This document shows, piece after piece, positions 6,518 to 14,580 of a stretch of 20,000 nt of DNA (the stretch's first letter is position 1; each line of letters starts with the position of its first letter). The notes under the pieces were generated by a model. The model saw only the letters and a list, made by a program, of their open reading frames with translations, was not told the origin of the DNA and searched no databases. The DNA lies in IMG/VR virus record IMGVR_UViG_3300033121_000366; one strand, 5' to 3'. A program made the translations under genes and the position numbers. The DNA is from an uncultured virus (IMG/VR IMGVR_UViG_3300033121_000366) (lineage: Duplodnaviria; Heunggongvirae; Uroviricota; Caudoviricetes).

Positions 6518-7231
6518 TTATTTTAAAACTAAAATTTTGTCTGTTTTTAATATTTCACATGGTTTAACTTCTAGTTTTTCACCATCTCTAAATACTATCA
6601 TTGAATGATCATTTGTCATTATTATTTCTTTACCAGACTTTGTTTTTAATTTCCATTTAGATTTATTAACTTTGTGCCTTATAATTTTAGATACTTCAAC
6701 TTCTTTTATATCATTATTTTTAGTATAATTTAAAACTTTAAATGAAGTATTTTGTACAATTTCATGACCAAAAGAATCTATTATAAAACCTTCAAGTTTA
6801 GAAAATTCTTCCCATATAAACCAGACTGGTAATTTAATATCATTACTAATATTAATCAATGTATCAAAATTCACACTGTCGGTATCACCATATTTAACAG
6901 CATCACCTGTTAATTGATGTAACACTTTTATACCTAGTTTATCATGCAATTCTTTATCTAAGTGCCATTTTTCTTTAAAGTAATTATTAATGGAGTTAAT
7001 AGCATACATTAATAAATCTTGACCTTGTGTAGTTATAGCTTCTGCTACATCTGTATTATAACATTGAAAATATTGATTACCAATAGCACCATATGCAGAA
7101 TTAATAAAAATCTTTAATGCCATTTGTAAATTTTCATTATCATCTTTAATTTTTTTTAATCTTATTATTTCTTGTTTTATTTCATCTATCGATGAATTAT
7201 TGGGGTCTATATTACAATATTTTAATTTCAT
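6518..7231 (-). CDS. polB: Family B DNA polymerase middle fragment (fingers motif B to motif C) fused to a 119-aa split intein IntN
   Basis: QMALKIFINSAYGAIGNQYF (KxxxNSxYG), AEAITTQGQ and KYGDTD, then intein block A SVNFDTLI and block B IIMTNDHSMIV, ending in a stop. Confidence 0.93.
   Translation of the reverse strand: MKLKYCNIDPNNSSIDEIKQEIIRLKKIKDDNENLQMALKIFINSAYGAIGNQYFQCYNTDVAEAITTQGQDLLMYAINSINNYFKEKWHLDKELHDKLGIKVLHQLTGDAVKYGDTDSVNFDTLINISNDIKLPVWFIWEEFSKLEGFIIDSFGHEIVQNTSFKVLNYTKNNDIKEVEVSKIIRHKVNKSKWKLKTKSGKEIIMTNDHSMIVFRDGEKLEVKPCEILKTDKILVLK
6521..6877 (-). mobile_element. Split intein N-fragment (IntN, 119 aa, Ser1) of the PolB intein
   Basis: Ser1 (AGT at 6875-6877) directly after YGDTD; TxxH block B (TNDH). 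Splicing restores YGDTDSSYV. Confidence 0.9.
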
Positions 7232-7242
7232 ATTAATTTAAT

Positions 7243-7275
7243 AAAAAATAGGGAGTAAAAAATACTCCCTATTTT
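7243..7275 (-). terminator. Stem-loop followed by a U-tract (rho-independent terminator-like) between the clamp and polB genes
   Basis: AAAATAGGGAGTA (7245-7257) pairs with TACTCCCTATTTT (7263-7275), 5-nt loop; on the minus strand the GC core is followed by a T run. Confidence 0.7.
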
Positions 7276-7288
7276 ATTTAAGAAAACA

Positions 7289-8101
7289 TTATTCATCATC
7301 ACCAGTAACCGCACCAAATGATATATTTGTTTCAGTTTGTGAACTTTTAAAGACTATTTTACCATCATTAATATAAATTTTATATTCCTCTTTATCCAAA
7401 TATTTTAAATAATCCTTTTGGATAGTAATACTTGTATTTGGTTCTGATACATCAACCGACGTATCACATTTCCATTTACTATTTTTAGTAATAAAGAATA
7501 ATTCATTATCATCTTGATCACCGACCAATTTAATTTCTATATTTGATCCCTTTTCAACCGATGTAATCAATTCTAATTTTTTAAGATGAATAGTATCAAA
7601 ATCGAAAGAAAAATTACTATCATCTGTATGAAATACTTTATCAAGTACATCATTTGCTATATGTTTAAATAGTTTTTTACTGGAGCATTTAAAATTGTAA
7701 TTTAAATCTTTATTATAAACATTTACAGATGTTGCAACATATTCATCCTCATCATCTTTTTCATAGAAAATATCTAAAAACACATCAGTAGAACCCTCTG
7801 AAACTATACCAATCATCTTTATGAAAGTTTCTACAAAATAAATGCCAATTTTAATATTTTCTGTTATAGGTGTTTCTTTATCATCAAAGTCAAAAATATC
7901 TACCAAATTTAAAGAACCTACTTTTACAGCTGCTCTATTAGCGGTAAATGATTTGATAACTATTGTATTATTAGTTTTTAATTCTAATAAAGCATTTGCT
8001 TCAACAACTATAAATTTTTTCAAAAAATCCATAAATGTTGAAGCACTTAGGATATTAAATGTAAGTTGTTTTGTTGTGTTTACTTGTGTATTTTTTGCCA
8101 T
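7289..8101 (-). CDS. Probable DNA polymerase sliding clamp (T4 gp45/PCNA-like); likely start ATG at 8101
   Basis: About 270 aa, acidic, alternating strand/helix pattern with two similar halves (FMDFLKKF...; KIGIYFVETFIKMI), directly upstream of polB. Inferred from context and pattern only. Confidence 0.6.
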   Translation of the reverse strand: MAKNTQVNTTKQLTFNILSASTFMDFLKKFIVVEANALLELKTNNTIVIKSFTANRAAVKVGSLNLVDIFDFDDKETPITENIKIGIYFVETFIKMIGIVSEGSTDVFLDIFYEKDDEDEYVATSVNVYNKDLNYNFKCSSKKLFKHIANDVLDKVFHTDDSNFSFDFDTIHLKKLELITSVEKGSNIEIKLVGDQDDNELFFITKNSKWKCDTSVDVSEPNTSITIQKDYLKYLDKEEYKIYINDGKIVFKSSQTETNISFGAVTGDDE

Positions 8102-8138
8102 TTTATGGACTTTCAATATAGTTTAACAATTTATAAGT

Positions 8139-8167
8139 ATTATACTGTTTGAGTATGTTTTTGTTTA
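8139..8167 (-). promoter_or_regulatory. Possible sigma70-type promoter for the clamp gene
   Basis: Minus strand TAAACA-17 nt-TATAAT in the intergenic gap; the AT-rich background weakens this. Confidence 0.35.
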
Positions 8168-8791
8168 TTTTTTTATTATTTGCATCAAGTTAGATATATT
8201 TTGGCATTTTTCATATTCTTCTATTTTTAGGAAATAGTCCATCATATCGTTTAAAATCTCTAATTGTTTTTCTAAATTTCCTGTATAATTTATAGTATTA
8301 TTACCTCTTCTGTAAACTATAAAATTTTCCAGTATCTCATCTGTAGTTTTACCAGTTTCAAATAAAAGATAATTAGCTTCTTTTATTATATCTTCTTTTA
8401 GCTTATCATCATTATTCACATCTTCTTTTTTAGTTTCGCTTTCATTTCTTCTTTTTTGTATACGATCATTAATATCATCATCTTCATCTTCATAATCATA
8501 ATCATAACTACTATCAAACTTCTTATCATCCATAAAGAATTGTGGTGGTAATTCTTCTTGATCTGCTATTATACAAGGACCAGCTATAGGATAATTAAAT
8601 AGTACACTTGCCGTTTCGTTATATCCTAAATCAAGTTTATGACCTAATTTATTTACAAAAATCCATTTATCACCAACAAATGATATATCAATTAAACCGC
8701 CCAATATATCGGATATTTCATATAATGTGAAGAAATCTTTTTCTGGATTCAATCTTCTTTTTTTACCATCAGGTGTTATTATTATACCCAT
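8165..8791 (-). CDS. Hypothetical protein: DUF3846-like N-terminal domain, acidic linker, C-terminal UvrB/UvrC-like motif
   Basis: FTLYEISDILGGLID...VN..G..L..N..AS...IAGPCII; DYDYEDEDDD linker; MMDYFLKIEEYEKCQNISNL. Confidence 0.6.
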   Translation of the reverse strand: MGIIITPDGKKRRLNPEKDFFTLYEISDILGGLIDISFVGDKWIFVNKLGHKLDLGYNETASVLFNYPIAGPCIIADQEELPPQFFMDDKKFDSSYDYDYEDEDDDINDRIQKRRNESETKKEDVNNDDKLKEDIIKEANYLLFETGKTTDEILENFIVYRRGNNTINYTGNLEKQLEILNDMMDYFLKIEEYEKCQNISNLMQIIKK

Positions 8792-8815
8792 AATTATTTA
8801 ATTATTTTAAAAATA

Positions 8816-10219
8816 TTAAAAATTAAAATCTGGAACTTCAACATCTTCTTCTATATCATCGTCTGTTGGTTTAAATATTTCTATATCATCAAGATGTTCG
8901 AAATCCTCATCGTATATAGTCATTATTGACTTGTCTTTTGTATGTAATTTTGTAGATAATGTTTTAACAAAATTTTCTTTTTCCTTATATTCTATTTTCT
9001 GATTGTTAATTAAATTAATATATTCAGTTATTTTTAATGATGTAAGACGTAACTCATCTTCATTTAATTTTCTGAGTTTAATATCATCCAATCTTTTTCT
9101 GATATCATCCGTATATTTATTTAAATATAAATCTATATCATTTTCCATTAAAGGTTTATTAGTTTTCTTTTGAAGATTCATCCATGTTAAATATTCAAGT
9201 TTAGCTTCTAGAAATTTTAATTCTTTTATATTTAATTTTAAATTAAAGTTTATACATTCTAAATATAAATGTTCATTTTTAATTTTAAAATCTTCTAAAT
9301 AATTTTCAACAGAATCATATTCTAAAACAGTTTTATCTTTTATAAAAACAATATTTTCTCTTATTATTATTTTTGTAGCTTTTATTATTTTTTCTTTAAT
9401 AAGAGTCCATTCAGAATTTTCTATTTTATTAGAAACATTAATAATAATATCAACATTACTTTTACTATTATTATGTATAGTATAATCAATATCAGTTAAT
9501 ATTTTATCAATTTTTTTTACAAGTAATTGATATTTCATTAGAGGTGGTATAGAATGTATGTGAATTGTTTTTTTACTATCTATAATTTCTACATTACCTT
9601 CTAATAACCATGCATTATCTAAATTATCATATTTCTGAATATTACCATCAAAATCTTTAAATGAAGGTATTAATTTTTTAATTTTACCTGATAGAAAGTT
9701 TTGAATATCCTTTAAACTTCTTGGTAATATTATTGTACTATATCCAACTGCTATACCTATAGTTGGTAGTAGAAGTCCTATTGGTATATCTATACCTATT
9801 GGTAAATAGGATTCATCTTCATCCTTTTTATTCAAGAATTTAAATTTATTTATTAAATTTTGAACTGTTGGGTTAATTTTAACAGCAGTATATCTAGCAG
9901 AAGCAGCCTCTTGCGTTATTTGGTTTCCAAAAAAACCATCACCTATTAATAAAGATTCAGAGCAATCATAAGGTTTTGCTAATCTGGCAATAGATTTTTC
10001 TATCGAACTGTTGCCACTATGATATCCATCAGCTATACAATTACCAACTACACTCAATGTTTTAGATGTATTTGTTGGAGAATTTAATAAAATTATTCTT
10101 TGAACTGGTGTTAATGAATCATAAAAATTTGGTATACCACGTGAAGTTAATGTATGTATAGCATATTCTTTATAATCATTATTAATGAAATTTGTTATCG
10201 TTCTTTTTTTAACTGTCAT
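8816..10219 (-). CDS. Type IIA DNA topoisomerase, DNA cleavage subunit (GyrA/ParC/T4 gp52-like)
   Basis: RGIPNFYDSLTPVQRIIL, YHSGNSS, GDGFFG, AASARYT (catalytic Tyr) and GIAVGYST. Confidence 0.92.
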   Translation of the reverse strand: MTVKKRTITNFINNDYKEYAIHTLTSRGIPNFYDSLTPVQRIILLNSPTNTSKTLSVVGNCIADGYHSGNSSIEKSIARLAKPYDCSESLLIGDGFFGNQITQEAASARYTAVKINPTVQNLINKFKFLNKKDEDESYLPIGIDIPIGLLLPTIGIAVGYSTIILPRSLKDIQNFLSGKIKKLIPSFKDFDGNIQKYDNLDNAWLLEGNVEIIDSKKTIHIHSIPPLMKYQLLVKKIDKILTDIDYTIHNNSKSNVDIIINVSNKIENSEWTLIKEKIIKATKIIIRENIVFIKDKTVLEYDSVENYLEDFKIKNEHLYLECINFNLKLNIKELKFLEAKLEYLTWMNLQKKTNKPLMENDIDLYLNKYTDDIRKRLDDIKLRKLNEDELRLTSLKITEYINLINNQKIEYKEKENFVKTLSTKLHTKDKSIMTIYDEDFEHLDDIEIFKPTDDDIEEDVEVPDFNF

Positions 10220-10228
10220 ATTTTTAAT

Positions 10229-10280
10229 AATTATAGTATTTCAATTTAAAAATTATACGTATTTCAATTTAAAATGTTTT
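10229..10280 (-). repeat. Intergenic tandem duplication (22-23 bp unit) overlapping a possible promoter upstream of the topoisomerase A gene
   Basis: GTATTTCAATTTAAAA at 10236-10251 and 10259-10274; each unit carries TATAAT on the minus strand; AAAACA-17 nt-TATAAT spans 10280-10252. Confidence 0.6.
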
Positions 10281-10300
10281 ATGAAAAATGAAAATTAGAG

Positions 10301-10957
10301 TTATATTATTTTCAATCTCTTAATATAGCAATTATAATATATCATTTTATCATCAATACCTTTTATAATATATTGTTCTTTACCCTCATATAAATTATCA
10401 TCTTCTATCAAGTTAAAATGTTCTTTTATCATACATATTACATCTAATTTATCATTAAAATTAGATATTAACTCTCTACATTTTTCTTTAGATGAACAAT
10501 ATGCTGAATATTCCACAGTTTTTTCAATCCAAGGATTATATTTTTCTATATCTAATCGATATATATAATTTTTTACTTTTATTTTATTTATTTCTTTTAA
10601 CTTTTCTATTTTATCTAGAATATACTTATAAATATAAGGACAACGTGTTGGCAATTCTGCTAATCCTGTACCTAAACCATCTTCTGGTATAACAACATTT
10701 GCATCGACAGGTATTCTATCAAATGCTTTATCTATATAAAAACAGGCCTCGAATATATCATTATTACTGAAAAATGAATCTTCTGTCCAAGAAGGTTTTC
10801 TTTTTGTTGGAATACCTATGGCATTTGGTTCTCCTCGCATTTCTGCTGCTTGACCACCCATACCAATTTCTAAAAGATTATCACCAAATAAAAAATATGT
10901 ATCTGGTTCTTTCTGTAAATCTTGTCTATATATCATTTTTCTGTATTCTACACTCAT
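10301..10957 (-). CDS. Phage protein with an N-terminal macrodomain-like fold
   Basis: YFLFGDN...GMGGQA...NAIGIPTK...IPEDGLGTGLA resembles the two Gly-rich loops of macro/A1pp-like phage proteins. Confidence 0.55.
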   Translation of the reverse strand: MSVEYRKMIYRQDLQKEPDTYFLFGDNLLEIGMGGQAAEMRGEPNAIGIPTKRKPSWTEDSFFSNNDIFEACFYIDKAFDRIPVDANVVIPEDGLGTGLAELPTRCPYIYKYILDKIEKLKEINKIKVKNYIYRLDIEKYNPWIEKTVEYSAYCSSKEKCRELISNFNDKLDVICMIKEHFNLIEDDNLYEGKEQYIIKGIDDKMIYYNCYIKRLKII

Positions 10958-11622
10958 GAAAATAATTCCTTTATAGATTGTTCTAATATTTTTTTAGAAT
11001 TTTTAATTTGTTCTTTTAATTTTTCAAGATTATAAATTACATCATTATTTTTAACCATTACCATTTTATTATTAATATTTGTAAATTTAATATTTGCAAA
11101 TTTATCACAATAATCAAATGATAATAAATAACTTTTAAGAGATGCATGGTATTCAGAATCAGTTTTATGCACCTTTCTTTCAAAGAAAGGTTGATCAGAA
11201 TTTCTTTTTAAATTAAGTAATTCTTCTAAAATATCTCTTTCAAATATCCAGAAAATATCAGGAGTACCTTGAACATAATATTTTAATCTAGCATGATTTA
11301 AAATACCACTTTTCATCCAATTTTTAACATTATATCTATTTTTATATTCTTTATTATATTCGATACTTAATCTATTAGTTGGAGGTTTACCTGTACGATA
11401 TCCAGTAGATCTTTTATCTAATTTAATTTCAAATCCTGATGGACCTTCGCCAAATTCTCTTTGAAAAATTTCAGATTTATAATATTCTATAAATATACCA
11501 TTATTTTTCAAAGTATCTTTTACCCAATCCTGGAAAAGTTCCCCTTCTTCTAATTGTATAGGATCTACCTTATTTACACGTTTTTTATTTTTACGTCTAT
11601 AATCTTCAAATTCTTTATTCAT
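10954..11622 (-). CDS. Hypothetical protein, possible PD-(D/E)xK nuclease fold
   Basis: GFEIKLD...NRLSIEY...SGI pattern typical of restriction-like phage proteins; located between the two topoisomerase genes. Confidence 0.5.
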   Translation of the reverse strand: MNKEFEDYRRKNKKRVNKVDPIQLEEGELFQDWVKDTLKNNGIFIEYYKSEIFQREFGEGPSGFEIKLDKRSTGYRTGKPPTNRLSIEYNKEYKNRYNVKNWMKSGILNHARLKYYVQGTPDIFWIFERDILEELLNLKRNSDQPFFERKVHKTDSEYHASLKSYLLSFDYCDKFANIKFTNINNKMVMVKNNDVIYNLEKLKEQIKNSKKILEQSIKELFS

Positions 11623-11623
11623 A

Positions 11624-13414
11624 TTATTTTATAGATAACCATTTTTTACGTAAATTGGCATTATTACCAAAAACAATTGTTAATATTTTATCAGAATATT
11701 CATCAGGAGACATTCGTTCTAATGTTAGATTTGTAAATATGTATTCCCAATCCTTTAGATCATTACTACCAAGACCTTTTAAATAACGAGCATTTGTTTT
11801 ATTTGTTTCTTTTGAAAAATCATCCAAAGAATAATAATATTTTCTTTTACCCTTCATTTCAATTGAAACTAATGGTGTAATTAATTTATAAAGTTTACCT
11901 TGTTTAATAATATTTGGAAACCATTTATTAAAAAAGTTAAGTATTAATGATGCTATATGGTTACCATCAACATCACCATCCGTTGCAATTATTATTCTTT
12001 TATATTTTACATCTGAACCTTTATCTTCTAAATTCAAATTTAAAATATTTATCAGGTCAATTATTTCAACATTGGATGATAAATCTGATATACTTTTTAC
12101 ATTTTTTAATTTACCACGCAATGTATAAACTGCATCAACATTTGGATCTCTTTTTTGTAAAATAGAACCTCTTGCAGAATTACCTTCTACTAAATATAAA
12201 TTTTCTTTCCTTTGACTTGGAAAATACTTATCTGATATTTTTTTTGAATTTTTTCTAGCCTTTTTTAATTTACTCATCTCCTCTTTTTTAAGAGTATTTT
12301 CAATATCATTATTGACTATATTATACCATTCAGATTCTTTTATTTGTTTAATTTCTTTATCAGGTATGTCAAATTGTAAAACGCCATTTAATTCATTTCT
12401 TGTAGAAGAAAATTTCGTTTTATTTTGGTCTGCAAATTTGACATTTTTAGGAGGTAGGTTTAAAACCATCAAAGTTTCATATAAATAATGCGCTTTATCA
12501 TAATCAAAAACTTTATCATTTATAATTTCTTGCATCATTTTTTGATGTATACCTGTACACATAGAACCATTAACAAATGATACGCTTGTAGAATTCTCTG
12601 TGGTCTGCCAAGTATATACCTTTAACGAATTACTATTTTTAATTAATAATCGTTCTTTAGGCATGAAAGGAACGTCTAGATTTACTAATACATCATCAAT
12701 ATAGAATTTAAAATCTAAATTAGAAATAAACTCATCATCTTTTTTGAGCATATTTCTAAATATCATATTAGTGGTTAATAATTCTAAATCCCATAAACTA
12801 TCAAAAATATCAAATCTAGGTATAAATATAACTTTTGTACCAGGTTTAAAAGTACCATATTCGGTTTCCGATTCTATAGTTTCAAATTTAGCCCAAGTAT
12901 GTTTATACTTGTATTTACCGTCACCAGTTTCAACAGAAAATAATTCTGATAAAACATTAACAACCGAAGAGCCTACACCATTTGTACCAATTAAATTCGA
13001 TTCTTCATTATCATTATTAAAATTAGAACCAGCTCTTAATTGTGAAAATGCAGTTACTATATTATTAAGTCCTGTTTTTTCATTGATATCTAAACCTTTA
13101 TAAAATCCTCGTCCATTATCTTCAACTGAAACAAGATTGTGGGATGTATCTATTCTTACTTCAATTTTACCTTTATAAGTTGGCTTTAATTGATAAAGAT
13201 GTTTTAATTCATCAAAAGAATTATCAACTATTTCACCAAATAATTTATGCATACCTATAGAAAAAACTTTATTTTTTAAAATAAGTTCATTATTTTCTAT
13301 AATTGGTATTTTTTCTTCAGTTTGATCAATTGATCCAACATACATCGAGGGTCTTAACAAGATGTGACTTTTATCATCTAGGGCTACAATTTCCCTTTTA
13401 TTTTTAGATGCCAT
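11624..13414 (-). CDS. Type IIA DNA topoisomerase, ATPase/TOPRIM subunit (GyrB/ParE; T4 gp39+gp60-like in one ORF)
   Basis: HILLRPSMYVGS, EIVDNSFDE, DNGRG, GTNGVGSS (GHKL motifs); LVEGNSA, LRGK, TDGDVDG, RYLKGLGS (TOPRIM motifs). Confidence 0.95.
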   Translation of the reverse strand: MASKNKREIVALDDKSHILLRPSMYVGSIDQTEEKIPIIENNELILKNKVFSIGMHKLFGEIVDNSFDELKHLYQLKPTYKGKIEVRIDTSHNLVSVEDNGRGFYKGLDINEKTGLNNIVTAFSQLRAGSNFNNDNEESNLIGTNGVGSSVVNVLSELFSVETGDGKYKYKHTWAKFETIESETEYGTFKPGTKVIFIPRFDIFDSLWDLELLTTNMIFRNMLKKDDEFISNLDFKFYIDDVLVNLDVPFMPKERLLIKNSNSLKVYTWQTTENSTSVSFVNGSMCTGIHQKMMQEIINDKVFDYDKAHYLYETLMVLNLPPKNVKFADQNKTKFSSTRNELNGVLQFDIPDKEIKQIKESEWYNIVNNDIENTLKKEEMSKLKKARKNSKKISDKYFPSQRKENLYLVEGNSARGSILQKRDPNVDAVYTLRGKLKNVKSISDLSSNVEIIDLINILNLNLEDKGSDVKYKRIIIATDGDVDGNHIASLILNFFNKWFPNIIKQGKLYKLITPLVSIEMKGKRKYYYSLDDFSKETNKTNARYLKGLGSNDLKDWEYIFTNLTLERMSPDEYSDKILTIVFGNNANLRKKWLSIK

Positions 13415-13506
13415 TTTATTTACAGAAATACATTGTTGTTCTAAAAAAGAATATTAATTATTTAATATATAAATTATACAATATAACTAAAAAAAAGTTT
13501 AATATC

Positions 13507-14580
13507 ATGAATAAAAAAGAATTAGTAGAATTTATTGATAATATCTTAAAAACTAAGAGTAGATCATCATTAATGGGAATTATTAGGAATAATATAGATA
13601 TAAGAGAATTAATTCTAAAATATACAATTGAATTGGATAATTCTACAATGTCACAAAGATGTTGGCACATTTATTATGGTATAAAGGATAAACCTCTGTG
13701 TAAGCAATGTAATTTAAATATACCAACTTTCCAGAAAAATAATTGGAATTATTCCGATTGTTGTTCTTTAACATGTTCTGGATTATATACTCTTGAAAAA
13801 AAGAAACAAAAAAATTTACAACTGTATGGTGTTGATAATTATTCAAAAACGGACGAATGTAAAGAAAAGAGAAAACAAACATGTTTAAAAAAATATGGAG
13901 TAGAACATTCATTTCAATCTAACAACAATAAAGAGAAAACAAAACAAACATATTTAGAAAAATATGGAGTTGATCATTTTTCAAAAACAGATGAATTTAA
14001 AGAAAAACATAAACAAACATGTTTAGAAAAATATGGAGTTGATCATCAATCTAAAGCTAATGAAGTTAAAAATAAAATTAAACAAACATGTTTAGAAAGA
14101 TATGGAGTTAATAGTGGATTTGATATAAATAGAATTCAAAATTTACAATATAGAATAAAAACATGGATTAAAAAATATGGTGTTGAAAATCCCATGCAAA
14201 ATTGTGAAATATCGGATAAAAGTTTTCATAATGGATTTAAATATAAATCATATACTTTACCATCTGGTAAAGAAGTTAAAATTCAAGGTTATGAAGATAA
14301 ATTTTTATATGAATATTTTTCAAATGGTTATTCGGAATCTAATATTTTAATTGAAAATAAAGATATAGAGAAATATTTAGGTAAAATCTGGTATAATACC
14401 AAAGATGGTAAGAAACACAGATATTATCCAGATGCTTTTTTAATAGAAGAAAATAAGATTATAGAAGTAAAATCAATATGGACTATAAAAATAAATCCCG
14501 AGGTACAAGAATTAAAAAAACAAGCTTGTTTAGATAACGGCTTAAATTTTGAATATAAAATATACAAATATGAAGATTAA
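13507..14580 (+). CDS. Free-standing putative homing endonuclease with zinc-finger, 23-aa KYGV repeats and a C-terminal PD-(D/E)xK domain (likely start ATG at 13507; the ORF extends back to 13408)
   Basis: CKQC...CCSLTC; tandem KQTCLEKYGVDH repeats; QGYE...RYYPDAFLIEENKIIEVKS. The only convincing plus-strand gene; its stop overlaps the clpP stop (TTAA at 14577-14580). Confidence 0.82.
   Translation: MNKKELVEFIDNILKTKSRSSLMGIIRNNIDIRELILKYTIELDNSTMSQRCWHIYYGIKDKPLCKQCNLNIPTFQKNNWNYSDCCSLTCSGLYTLEKKKQKNLQLYGVDNYSKTDECKEKRKQTCLKKYGVEHSFQSNNNKEKTKQTYLEKYGVDHFSKTDEFKEKHKQTCLEKYGVDHQSKANEVKNKIKQTCLERYGVNSGFDINRIQNLQYRIKTWIKKYGVENPMQNCEISDKSFHNGFKYKSYTLPSGKEVKIQGYEDKFLYEYFSNGYSESNILIENKDIEKYLGKIWYNTKDGKKHRYYPDAFLIEENKIIEVKSIWTIKINPEVQELKKQACLDNGLNFEYKIYKYED
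13804..14220 (+). repeat. Coding tandem repeats with a 69-bp (23-aa) period inside the plus-strand endonuclease
   Basis: KQKNLQLYGVDN / KQTCLKKYGVEH / KQTYLEKYGVDH / KQTCLEKYGVDH / KQTCLERYGVNS, plus a more distant IKTWIKKYGVEN. Confidence 0.85.

Noticed and set aside
11624..13414. T4 gene 60-style ribosomal bypass or split in the topoisomerase B subunit
   Set aside because: The ATPase and TOPRIM motifs are all in one uninterrupted 596-aa ORF.
13804..14220. CRISPR-like array suggested by regularly spaced repeats
   Set aside because: The repeats are in-frame, degenerate at codon level and part of a protein; there are no unique spacers or cas genes.
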